Source of the DNA: an uncultured Candidatus Saccharibacteria bacterium
Lineage (GTDB): Bacteria; Patescibacteriota; Minisyncoccia; SW-4-49-11
Direction of reading: 5' to 3'
Assembly: GCA_964633865.1 (NCBI GenBank)
Contig: CAZWIJ010000004.1
Coordinates: 35,543 to 99,542 of the forward strand
Length of the DNA stretch: 64,000 bases
Within the stretch, counting starts at the first letter, position 1; every line of letters begins with the position of its first letter. The notes beneath the pieces are model-generated. The model saw only the letters and a list, made by a program, of their open reading frames with translations. It was not told the DNA's origin and ran no database searches. Below are positions 1-8,786 of this stretch, piece by piece. The position numbers and the translations under genes were made by a program.

Positions 1-1
1 A

Positions 2-340
2 TGGTTCTTTCCAGGAGGAGCACTCGAAATAGGAGAAAAGTCTATTGAGTCATTAAAAAGAGAACTCTATGAGGAAACAGGGAGTAAAGTTAGTAATATA
101 GAATTACTTCTTAATAAAGAAACCTTTTTTTACTATAAACCTCTAAATAAAGCTTATCACACTATAAACCTCGTGTATTTAGCTAAGCTAGAAAGTCAAG
201 ATATAGACTTTGTTAATCCAGATTCCGAAGATGAAGCGGATGGATTTTCATGGATAGATATTTACAATCTTAAGCCAGAGGATATGCAAAGTTTTGCTTG
301 GGAAGTAATCTCTTTGACAAAAGAAAAAATGAGCTCCTAA
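2..340 (+). CDS. NUDIX hydrolase (5'-truncated by window edge)
   Basis: Not in ORF track. Frame 2 reads WFFPGGALEIGEKSIESLKRELYEETG, a Nudix box (GX5EX7REUXEEXG), and ends TAA at 338-340. Confidence 0.9.
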   Translation, partial: WFFPGGALEIGEKSIESLKRELYEETGSKVSNIELLLNKETFFYYKPLNKAYHTINLVYLAKLESQDIDFVNPDSEDEADGFSWIDIYNLKPEDMQSFAWEVISLTKEKMSS

Positions 341-351
341 AAGCTCATTTT
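326..351. terminator. Probable intrinsic terminator hairpin between convergent NUDIX and KAP genes
   Basis: AAAATGAGCT-cctaaa-AGCTCATTTT inverted repeat. Confidence 0.55.
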
Positions 352-484
352 AATATGGAATTTTAATTGTCTGATTACCATTCAGGATAGGGAAACTAAT
401 AATTCTTTTATTATTGATTTTGACTATATAGTTAATTGACTTTAGATTGTAAGAGAAACAGATTTATTGCCAAACATCAATCTC

Positions 485-1921
485 TTATAAATAATACTTT
501 TTGTCAATATATTCGACTAACAAATCAAAAAATAATCCTTTTGAATTTAATTGTATTCCATCTTTATCTTCAATTGTCATAATTTCTCCATTTGTATTTG
601 ATATTTTAATTGCATAATCCGACCATTTAATATCTGTTTCACCACTTTTATTGAAAGGTTTTATTTTTAACAAAAGATATGTTGAAAAAATTTTATATCC
701 ATGTACATATTCATTATCTTTAATGATAGAGCTTTTGTTTATTTTTTCAAGTGCAGTTAATAAATCTGATTCTAATCCCCCAAAAATAGAAATCAATGCT
801 TTTATACCTAAATTCATAAATTGAGGAACAGCTTGATCTATTCCATTAATATTTTCTTTGTAAAATTGACCATTCTTAAATGATTTAAGAGTGAATTTTG
901 TTGGCTTTAATAGTTGTCTCAAATTTAATTTTTCTTTACCAGGTAATTCTAGTAAGTTTATGAGAATATTTGTTAAAAAAATTCTCATATACCCTTTTTC
1001 TCTGAATGATCCCTCTAAATTTACATCTTCTACTTGAAAGCGAGATATTATTTGATCAATAAAATTTGTAACTATTTCTTTATTTTCAAATGGAAAAACT
1101 TCAACACTAAAGAACTTATCAAAATATCCATTAGAATCAGTATCTACTCCATATTTATGATGAAAAATACTTTTAAGATTTTGGAAATCCGCAACTAAAA
1201 TAATTTTATCAAAACCAAACTTATTTTTCAATTCTTCATAATGTAGATCAAAATGTGCTGAGAAAATATTCAGAATCCTAAAAAGATGTTCTGGATCAAT
1301 TCTATCTAGATCATCCAAAATTAATACACTTGTTTTCTCTTTTTTATCTTTTGATTCTTTATGAGGTATCTTGTTCTTGATAATCTCACTTAGAACATCT
1401 GACTCTGTATTATTCTCTTCTAAAAATGTGGTTATCTTATTTCTATCTCCTTCTTTGAACTCTTGAAATTTTTTATCCACTTCTAATAACATTTTGAGGG
1501 GTTTACCTAATTTGTCAAAACCAAAAGGTAAATATCCTGTGATACCTTCAATTATCCCTTGTAGAGAAGAGTTTGTATTAGATTTAAATTGATGTTTCAG
1601 AAAACTTATAAAACTTCTATCTAAATCGTTTTTTTTATTAAAGACCTCTCCCCTTTCTAATAATTCAATTAGAATATCGCGCTTTAGAAATTGAATAATA
1701 TCTTCATTATAGGATATTTGGTAATTTACTGGAAATAGATGAAAAACCTCATATTCATTTTTTTTAAATTCAAAGAATTTGTTTAAATAATATGTTTTTC
1801 CAACACCAAATTTACCAGAAAATATAATTCTAGAGTTATTTGAAATACTTAAATGATCTTCAAAGTTTGAAAATAATTTAGTTATATCAATTTCGAATAA
1901 TTGTTCTTGATCTGTACCCAT
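485..1921 (-). CDS. KAP-family P-loop NTPase
   Basis: Walker A GKFGVGKT, Walker B LILDDLDR, and downstream 'GYFDKFF' resembling the KAP YLEK motif. Confidence 0.8.
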   Translation of the reverse strand: MGTDQEQLFEIDITKLFSNFEDHLSISNNSRIIFSGKFGVGKTYYLNKFFEFKKNEYEVFHLFPVNYQISYNEDIIQFLKRDILIELLERGEVFNKKNDLDRSFISFLKHQFKSNTNSSLQGIIEGITGYLPFGFDKLGKPLKMLLEVDKKFQEFKEGDRNKITTFLEENNTESDVLSEIIKNKIPHKESKDKKEKTSVLILDDLDRIDPEHLFRILNIFSAHFDLHYEELKNKFGFDKIILVADFQNLKSIFHHKYGVDTDSNGYFDKFFSVEVFPFENKEIVTNFIDQIISRFQVEDVNLEGSFREKGYMRIFLTNILINLLELPGKEKLNLRQLLKPTKFTLKSFKNGQFYKENINGIDQAVPQFMNLGIKALISIFGGLESDLLTALEKINKSSIIKDNEYVHGYKIFSTYLLLKIKPFNKSGETDIKWSDYAIKISNTNGEIMTIEDKDGIQLNSKGLFFDLLVEYIDKKYYL

Positions 1922-2043
1922 AATCCATTTTCAGAATTAACTTATAAAAAATCTTTCTATATATTATACAATATCCTGCTTAAAAAACCACACCAAAAAG
2001 GATGATTAACTTTTATATCTAACCACTTCCTAAACAATTATTT

Positions 2044-2072
2044 TTGACATATAAATTTTATAATGGTAAAAT
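2044..2072 (+). promoter_or_regulatory. Sigma70-type promoter for the hyp-hyp-prfB-ftsEX operon
   Basis: TTGACA-17 bp-TAAAAT with extended -10 TG. Confidence 0.7.
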
Positions 2073-2101
2073 AAGTATATTATCAGATAAATATTAAATT
2101 T

Positions 2102-2368
2102 ATGTCAGAATTAAAAACTAGAGGTAATCTAACCTCATCAGAAGTCAAAAACATTGCTCAATTAATACCAAATAGTCATTTAAGAGAACAATTTAATGAT
2201 ATGATGTCTCTACAACTAGACAATCATGATAGAGAATCACCAAAAGGAACTGTATCTGTAAGACAAGCTAATCAGGTTTTAGAGAATCTAAAAGATAATG
2301 TAGGTAGTAATGGAATAACTGAAACACATATTAATAAAATTGAGAATTTTATTAACGGTAAATTATAA
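2102..2368 (+). CDS. Hypothetical protein, 88 aa
   Basis: ORF directly after a promoter, co-oriented with prfB. No recognised motif. Confidence 0.65.
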   Translation: MSELKTRGNLTSSEVKNIAQLIPNSHLREQFNDMMSLQLDNHDRESPKGTVSVRQANQVLENLKDNVGSNGITETHINKIENFINGKL

Positions 2369-2372
2369 ATCT

Positions 2373-2597
2373 ATGATAGCAAAAGATTTAATTTCTGAAT
2401 TAGAAAAAGCAGGTTTATTTCATGGATCTTATAAAGAAGCTGATATTTTAAAAAATGCAATATTGTCAATTATACCAGAATATAATAAAGTTGAATCATA
2501 TCATATTAATAAAATAATCAACCAATTATACAAAACACAAGTTGATTATGGTAGTAACATTATTGCTATCACTCAATTTATTCAAAGCAAAATTTAA
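2373..2597 (+). CDS. Hypothetical protein, 74 aa (start reassigned to ATG 2373)
   Basis: ATG 4 nt after the previous stop avoids the overlap created by the TTG start at 2340. Confidence 0.6.
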   Translation: MIAKDLISELEKAGLFHGSYKEADILKNAILSIIPEYNKVESYHINKIINQLYKTQVDYGSNIIAITQFIQSKI

Positions 2598-2611
2598 ATG
2601 ATATAAGAATA

Positions 2612-3709
2612 ATGACAATTGATGATTTGATATCTAAATCAAATGAGTTATCTAATATTTGGAATAGTCTAAATTTATACAAAAATTTAGACTCAATTCA
2701 ATCTGAGATTAAAAGATTAAAAAACAAATCAAACCAGCCTAATTTTTGGGATAATAATAAATTAGCTCAAGAAACTCTAATTGAATTATCTCATTTAGAA
2801 AATAAACATAAAGATATACTATATATTGAAGAAAATTTAAAATTCTATTCTGAAATTTTAAATTCAAATTATTCTGAAATTGAAGTCAAAGATTTAAGTT
2901 TAGAAATACTTTCTCTTGAAAAAAAAATTATTTCCCTTTGGCAAACTGAACTATTTAAAGAAGATAATGATAAAAATAATGCCATAATATTTATACAGGC
3001 TGGAGCTGGTGGAGTTGATGCTCAAGATTTTGTAGAAATGTTATTTAATATGTATAAAAAATTTGTAGATTCTCGTAATTTTTCTATAGATGTGATAGAA
3101 TATATTAAGGGACAAGAAGCTGGATTAAAGAAAATAACTTTTTTTGTCAAAGGATTATATGCTTATGGAATTATGAAACAAGAAAGAGGAGTTCATAGAT
3201 TAGTCAGAAACTCACCTTTCAATGCTAGTAATAAAAGACAAACTTCCTTTGTAATGGTACAAGTTTTACCAGAAATCCCTGAAATTGATGATAAAGATAT
3301 AGAAATAAATTCTAAAGACTTAAAAATAGATGTATTTAGATCTAGTGGAGCTGGTGGACAGAGTGTTAATACTACTGATTCAGCAGTAAGAATAACTCAT
3401 TTACCCACAAATATTGTAATTTCTATTCAAACTGAAAGATCACAATTACAAAACAAATCCCTTGCAATGACTATTTTGAAATCTAAATTATGGGAAAAAA
3501 GTCAAGAAAAATTATTACAAGAAAAAGCTAATTTTAAAGAAACTGTATCTATTTCTTGGGGTAACCATATTAGATCATATGTATTAAATCCATATAAACT
3601 AGTCAAGGACTCAAGAAGTAATTATGAAACAACTGATGTAGATAAGATTCTAAATGGAGATTTAGAAGATGTAATTAATTCAGTTCTTATTACTCAAAAT
3701 AAATATTAA
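2612..3709 (+). CDS. prfB: Peptide chain release factor 2
   Basis: SPF tripeptide (RNSPFN), GGQ motif (SGAGGQSVNTTDSAVR), GAGGVDAQD. Confidence 0.97.
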   Translation: MTIDDLISKSNELSNIWNSLNLYKNLDSIQSEIKRLKNKSNQPNFWDNNKLAQETLIELSHLENKHKDILYIEENLKFYSEILNSNYSEIEVKDLSLEILSLEKKIISLWQTELFKEDNDKNNAIIFIQAGAGGVDAQDFVEMLFNMYKKFVDSRNFSIDVIEYIKGQEAGLKKITFFVKGLYAYGIMKQERGVHRLVRNSPFNASNKRQTSFVMVQVLPEIPEIDDKDIEINSKDLKIDVFRSSGAGGQSVNTTDSAVRITHLPTNIVISIQTERSQLQNKSLAMTILKSKLWEKSQEKLLQEKANFKETVSISWGNHIRSYVLNPYKLVKDSRSNYETTDVDKILNGDLEDVINSVLITQNKY

Positions 3710-3722
3710 TTAAACTTAGAAC

Positions 3723-4406
3723 ATGATTCTATTCAAAAACATATCTAAATTATACGGGGATGATTACCTAGCACTTAATAACATAAATTTAAAAATTGAA
3801 GATGGTGAATTCATTGTTCTTGTAGGGCAAAGTGGTGCTGGGAAATCTACTTTAATGAAATTAATAACAGGAGAAGAAAAACCTAATCAAGGAGAAGTTT
3901 ACTTTGGAAATAATAGAATTGATACTTTAAAATACAAACATCTACCACAACATAGAAGACAATTAGGAATTATATTCCAAGATTTCAAATTATTAGCTCA
4001 AAAAACTGCTTTTGAAAATATTGCATTTGCAATGGAGATTATTGGTAAAGATTATCTAGAGATTCAAAGAAAAGTACCTAGATTTTTAAATATTGTAGGA
4101 ATGGGATCTAAAGCAAATAAGTTTCCTTCTCAAATGTCTGGAGGTGAAAGACAAAGAGTGGCTATTGCTAGAGCTCTAATTAATGAACCTAGAGTATTAT
4201 TAGCTGATGAGCCTACAGGAAATCTAGATGTCTTTAATAGTTGGGATATTGTCAATTTACTATTAAAAATAAATGAACAATTAAAAACTACTATTATTTT
4301 TGCTACTCATAATAAAGAAGTTGTAAACAGTATTAATAAAAGAGTAATTAGTCTAGATAGAGGTAATATTATCCGAGATAGTATAGAAGGTAAATATATA
4401 ATTTAA
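3723..4406 (+). CDS. ftsE: Cell division ABC ATPase FtsE
   Basis: GQSGAGKST, IFQDFKLL, MSGGERQR, ADEPTGNLD. Adjacent to ftsX. Confidence 0.93.
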   Translation: MILFKNISKLYGDDYLALNNINLKIEDGEFIVLVGQSGAGKSTLMKLITGEEKPNQGEVYFGNNRIDTLKYKHLPQHRRQLGIIFQDFKLLAQKTAFENIAFAMEIIGKDYLEIQRKVPRFLNIVGMGSKANKFPSQMSGGERQRVAIARALINEPRVLLADEPTGNLDVFNSWDIVNLLLKINEQLKTTIIFATHNKEVVNSINKRVISLDRGNIIRDSIEGKYII

Positions 4407-4419
4407 GTCAACATACAAT

Positions 4420-5355
4420 ATGAAAAATATAACTTTAGAACTTTATAGAAGCATAAAATATGGATTCCAAAATTTCGGTAGAAATATATTTTTATCTATT
4501 GCTACTACTAGTGTGATGGTTCTAACATTATTTGGTCTTGGGTTCTTTATGATAATAAATCAAATAAGCAATCAAGCATTAACTAGTCTACAATCCAAAG
4601 TTGATATAAATATATATATAAAAGAATCTTTAGATCAAACCGAGTTACAAAACTTTAATGAATATGTCAAAAAAATACCCCAAGTTTTAAGCTCAGAAAT
4701 AATTGATAAAGAGAAAGCTCTCGAAATTTACAAAGAAAGGTTCAAAGAAAATCCTGTATTGATAGATTCTATACAATTTCTAGATACTAATCCTCTACCA
4801 GTTACTTTAATTATTCAAGCTAAAACTTCTGAAGATTATAGTACAATTTGGGAATCAATAAAACAATATCCTCAATTTGATACTACAGTAGAAAGCTCAG
4901 ATTATTCTGACGATAAAAATGTTGCTAAAGAAACTATTGAGCAACTAAATAAAATTATTAATACAACAAGGAGTGTAGGCTTAGTTGTTATTATAGTACT
5001 ATCTGTTATTGCAGTTCTTATAACTTATAACACTATTAGACTTACAATGTATTCTTATCGTAACGAAATAGAAATTATGAGATTAGTTGGAGCGAGTGAT
5101 TCTCAAATTAAAGGTCCATTTTTTGTTGAAGGAATATTGTTCGGAGTATTTGGAACATTTATAAGCTTTTTAATCTTATTTTTAGTTGTATTTTTTATAT
5201 CTGAACCAGTAAACAACTTTATTCCTGGATCTGATCCACTTTCTGAATATTTGTACAATAATATCTTACTTATTGTAGGAATTAAATTAATAGTTGGAGT
5301 AATATTAGGTATTGGAAGTAGTATATTTGCTATCAATAGATATTTGAAAGTATAA
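4420..5355 (+). CDS. ftsX: Cell division permease FtsX
   Basis: NPLP motif, NTIRL...EIEIMRLVGA...PF..EG, four TM segments. Confidence 0.93.
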   Translation: MKNITLELYRSIKYGFQNFGRNIFLSIATTSVMVLTLFGLGFFMIINQISNQALTSLQSKVDINIYIKESLDQTELQNFNEYVKKIPQVLSSEIIDKEKALEIYKERFKENPVLIDSIQFLDTNPLPVTLIIQAKTSEDYSTIWESIKQYPQFDTTVESSDYSDDKNVAKETIEQLNKIINTTRSVGLVVIIVLSVIAVLITYNTIRLTMYSYRNEIEIMRLVGASDSQIKGPFFVEGILFGVFGTFISFLILFLVVFFISEPVNNFIPGSDPLSEYLYNNILLIVGIKLIVGVILGIGSSIFAINRYLKV

Positions 5356-5377
5356 ATTTAAAAATAATTTCATACTA

Positions 5378-5411
5378 AAAAAAGACCTATTTAATTGTTG
5401 AGGTCTTTTTT
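5378..5411. terminator. Bidirectional intrinsic terminator between ftsX and murE
   Basis: AAAAAAGACCT...AGGTCTTTTTT. Confidence 0.75.
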
Positions 5412-5434
5412 CTTTTTTAGAGACGGTTTATAAT

Positions 5435-6739
5435 TTAACTTAATAATTTCTGCATTTCCTTTGTATCATTCCAATGCTCTTTCTTTCCATTAGCTCTTAC
5501 AATACTATTTTCACTTCCCTTACCTGTAATTATAATAATATCTTGTCTTTTTGCTAAGGCTAGAGCTTTCTTAAAAGCATCTTTTCTTGATAAAATTTTG
5601 AAGGCTGTTTTATCTTCTATTTTATCAGATTTTAAAACTCCTTTAAAGACTTGTTCAATTATACTCATTGGATCCTCATCAAATGGATCCTCGTCCGTTA
5701 TTATTGTATAATCAGTCATTTTACCAGCTATCTCTCCCATTTCTGATCTTTTCCATACATCTCTACCCCCACCACAAGATCCAAGTACAGAAATAACTTT
5801 TGAACCTTTAGATTTTACTTGATTTAATGTCTGATATACTTTTTCCAAAGAAACTGGTATATGAGCATAATCAACTATAATAGTTGGTTCGCTATGAACT
5901 ATATTCATTCTTCCAGGGATTTCTTTTAATTTAGGTATATTTTCTACTAAATTCTCTATATCTAGTTCAAGATTAATTCCAATCGCAAGACACATTGATA
6001 AATTTATTATATTAAATTCTCCTATAAATTTAGACTTAACTATATATATTTTTTCTTTATATCCAAACTCAAATTGCAATCCATTTTGATCTGATTTTAA
6101 TATTTTAGTCCTAAAATCATCACTTTTTTCTCCTATTCTAAATTTTTTATAATCACCTATTTTATAATAAAATTTGAAATAATTATCATCTTGATTAAAG
6201 AATGCTAACTTTTCAACGGAAACCCCTTTTATTACTTTATTTTTTGATTTATGAAGAGATTTAAAAAGTATTCCCTTAGCTTTCTTATAATTATTAAATC
6301 CTCCATGGGAGTCTAAATGCTCTGGATAAAGATTTAGGATACCTGCCATATCAAAATGTATTCCTAAGTGCCTATTTTGGACTAATCCCTCACTAGTTAC
6401 TTCTACAATAAATACTTGACATTTATTTTTTACAGCTTCAGAAATTAATTTATGCAAAACAAATTTTCCAGGCATAGAATTTCTGGAGTCATTCTTTACC
6501 AATTCTTTACCATCACTAAAGTATATAGAGGAAGATAGACCTACTTTTAATCCTTGTGATTTTAATAATTGATATAACATATATACTGTACTTGATTTAC
6601 CTTTTGTACCTGTTATGCCTATTACTCTAATTTTTTCACTTGGATTACCATAATAATAATTAGCATAAAGCGAAACTGCTCCATGATAATAAGGTCTAAT
6701 TTGTTTTAATAATTTTTGTGGGATTATGTTTTTCAACAT
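5435..6739 (-). CDS. murE: UDP-MurNAc-tripeptide synthetase (MurE)
   Basis: GITGTKGKSS, EVTSEG, PEHLDSH, PGRMN, VDYAH, CGGGRD, GKGSE. Confidence 0.88.
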   Translation of the reverse strand: MLKNIIPQKLLKQIRPYYHGAVSLYANYYYGNPSEKIRVIGITGTKGKSSTVYMLYQLLKSQGLKVGLSSSIYFSDGKELVKNDSRNSMPGKFVLHKLISEAVKNKCQVFIVEVTSEGLVQNRHLGIHFDMAGILNLYPEHLDSHGGFNNYKKAKGILFKSLHKSKNKVIKGVSVEKLAFFNQDDNYFKFYYKIGDYKKFRIGEKSDDFRTKILKSDQNGLQFEFGYKEKIYIVKSKFIGEFNIINLSMCLAIGINLELDIENLVENIPKLKEIPGRMNIVHSEPTIIVDYAHIPVSLEKVYQTLNQVKSKGSKVISVLGSCGGGRDVWKRSEMGEIAGKMTDYTIITDEDPFDEDPMSIIEQVFKGVLKSDKIEDKTAFKILSRKDAFKKALALAKRQDIIIITGKGSENSIVRANGKKEHWNDTKEMQKLLS

Positions 6740-6750
6740 ATAAAATTCAA

Positions 6751-7410
6751 TTAAGAAATTAATTTAACTAAATTTTTGTATTCTAATTCTGGATTCTCAG
6801 AGTTAAAAATAGCACTTCCAACGGCAATTGATTCCGCTCCGGACTCTAAGATTTGTGGAATAGTCTCCTTATTAACTCCTCCATCCCATGAAATTTCTAA
6901 TTCACTTAATGTATATCTTTCTTTAAAATCAATAACCTTATCTAAAACTTCAGATTTAAATTTACTCCCATAAAACCCAGGATTGACTCCCATGAATAAA
7001 ACTGTACTAATTTTTTTTACAACTTTCCCAACTTCTCTAATATCTGTATCTGGATTTATAGCTACACCTACTTCTTTTCCAATATCTTTGATTTGATTTA
7101 ATAATTGCCTTAATTCTTCTAAACTTTCTGTTGCTTCTTTGTGAATGATAATCCTGACACAACTAGGAAAAGATTTTAGACTAGCTATTATTTCTTCGCT
7201 TGATTTTTTATCTGCCATAATATGAGCTTCAAATTTTAAATCACCAAAATCTGTATAAAAAAAATCTTTTGGTAATACACTTTTAGAACTTGTTAAGGTA
7301 TTATTCATTATATCTATTTGGACATAATCAGTAAATTTTTTACAAATTTCTATTTTTTGGTTAAAATCTTTTTTATTATCCGTAAGGATAGCTGGTACAA
7401 TTCTTTTCAT
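6751..7410 (-). CDS. rpe: Ribulose-phosphate 3-epimerase
   Basis: QIDIM, EAHIM, MGVNPGFYG, DGGVN, VGSAIF. Confidence 0.9.
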   Translation of the reverse strand: MKRIVPAILTDNKKDFNQKIEICKKFTDYVQIDIMNNTLTSSKSVLPKDFFYTDFGDLKFEAHIMADKKSSEEIIASLKSFPSCVRIIIHKEATESLEELRQLLNQIKDIGKEVGVAINPDTDIREVGKVVKKISTVLFMGVNPGFYGSKFKSEVLDKVIDFKERYTLSELEISWDGGVNKETIPQILESGAESIAVGSAIFNSENPELEYKNLVKLIS

Positions 7411-7462
7411 AAAAATAAGTTTTAGGTTCTAATATATGTATTATAGCACATTTTTCTTAAAT

Positions 7463-7495
7463 AAAAACAACCCTTTGTAATTTAGAGTTGTTTTT
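7463..7495. terminator. Probable intrinsic terminator downstream of 7519..8559
   Basis: AAAAACAAC...GTTGTTTTT hairpin. Confidence 0.6.
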
Positions 7496-7518
7496 ATAGA
7501 TTTAAATTAAATTATTTA

Positions 7519-8559
7519 TTAAAAGCTTTCTTCTATGGTGTTTGATAAAACTTGTGTACAATTATAGGGTAGTGGACTTTTTTTCTCTTCAGCTGTACAT
7601 TCTCTTTTTCCTATAACAGGTTGATATTTAAATATATTATCACTAATAAAAATAGCTTCATTCCATTGCTTATCACTTATACTCCTATATTCTCCTGTAT
7701 TTAAATTCATAATAATACCTGATGGTTTTTCTACTGCATCATTTGCCCCCAACTCTTTAGATAAAATTATAAAATTCTCATTTAAAGAAATATCATCTAT
7801 GTATTTAAAATTTGAAAGACCTTCGTATTTAACTAAAATATTGTTATAATATTTATATAAAGTCACTATATTACCCTCATATTTTTCAGAATATTCTAAA
7901 ACCGTAAAATATATATTATTCTTGATTTTATTTGCTGAAAAAACTTTTTCTCTTATTATTGGCATTTTATCTTTGTCTAATGAAGAGTTATCTAAATTTA
8001 TTAAAGGAGTTAGTTTATATTTATTTTCTTTATTTTCAGACAATTTTGTTATATTATCTGAAAAATTACCACCAAAAGGAGCCCCTTTTAAAAGTTTTAT
8101 ATTATATTCTGAGAAAACATTATCTTCAAGAGTAGTCATACCCAGATCATTATTTTTTGCATACAAAAATACCCCCTCTTCTACATTTTCCACTGCATAA
8201 ACTATATATTCATTAATCTCACTTGGTGGAGTTGGGACTACTGTTTTTTCTACTTTGGTATATTCTGATTTATCTTTGCTATATTTTACTTCTTCTACAA
8301 CTGAGACTTCTTTCTCTGGAATTTCAGTTACTACTGGAGGTTTTACTTCTTCAGTGATTATTGGGTCTTGTTTTACTGGTTCTGTTTTATTGGTATTATT
8401 TTCTACCATCTGTGATCTTGGTGTCTCAATCACAACTTCATTATCTGTATTGCTCATATTGGCTTGATACACAAATATTCCTATAACTGGGAATGATAAT
8501 AATAATGTGACTGCCCATAATGGAGCTTTTATAGTCTTGTCAAATGGATTGTTGTTCAT
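7519..8559 (-). CDS. Membrane-anchored hypothetical protein
   Basis: One N-terminal TM helix, P/E/T/V-rich linker, beta-rich C-terminal region with a Cys pair. Confidence 0.75.
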   Translation of the reverse strand: MNNNPFDKTIKAPLWAVTLLLSFPVIGIFVYQANMSNTDNEVVIETPRSQMVENNTNKTEPVKQDPIITEEVKPPVVTEIPEKEVSVVEEVKYSKDKSEYTKVEKTVVPTPPSEINEYIVYAVENVEEGVFLYAKNNDLGMTTLEDNVFSEYNIKLLKGAPFGGNFSDNITKLSENKENKYKLTPLINLDNSSLDKDKMPIIREKVFSANKIKNNIYFTVLEYSEKYEGNIVTLYKYYNNILVKYEGLSNFKYIDDISLNENFIILSKELGANDAVEKPSGIIMNLNTGEYRSISDKQWNEAIFISDNIFKYQPVIGKRECTAEEKKSPLPYNCTQVLSNTIEESF

Positions 8560-8598
8560 ATGATATAATTGTTAATTATTTAACTTATTTATGTTATT

Positions 8599-8624
8599 AT
8601 ATATTGACACTTTTGTCAATATAT
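8599..8624. promoter_or_regulatory. Palindromic operator-like site with back-to-back TTGACA
   Basis: ATATATTGACA-cttt-TGTCAATATAT (11-bp arms), about 40 nt upstream of the 8559 start. Confidence 0.45.
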
Positions 8625-8786
8625 TTATGATTTTTAATTAAAATTTCTTTTATTAATTCATATTTTAGAATTATTATTTGTTATTATTTTATAACTATAT
8701 TTTTTATTAGTCTTATTTTTAGCTTTATTATATAATTATATTTTCTTTAATTATTATAACATATTTTAATATTAATAATATATATT

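Noticed and set aside
8560-8786. Replication origin at the AT-rich spacer
   Set aside because: No clustered DnaA boxes (TTATCCACA) and no dnaA or dnaN nearby.
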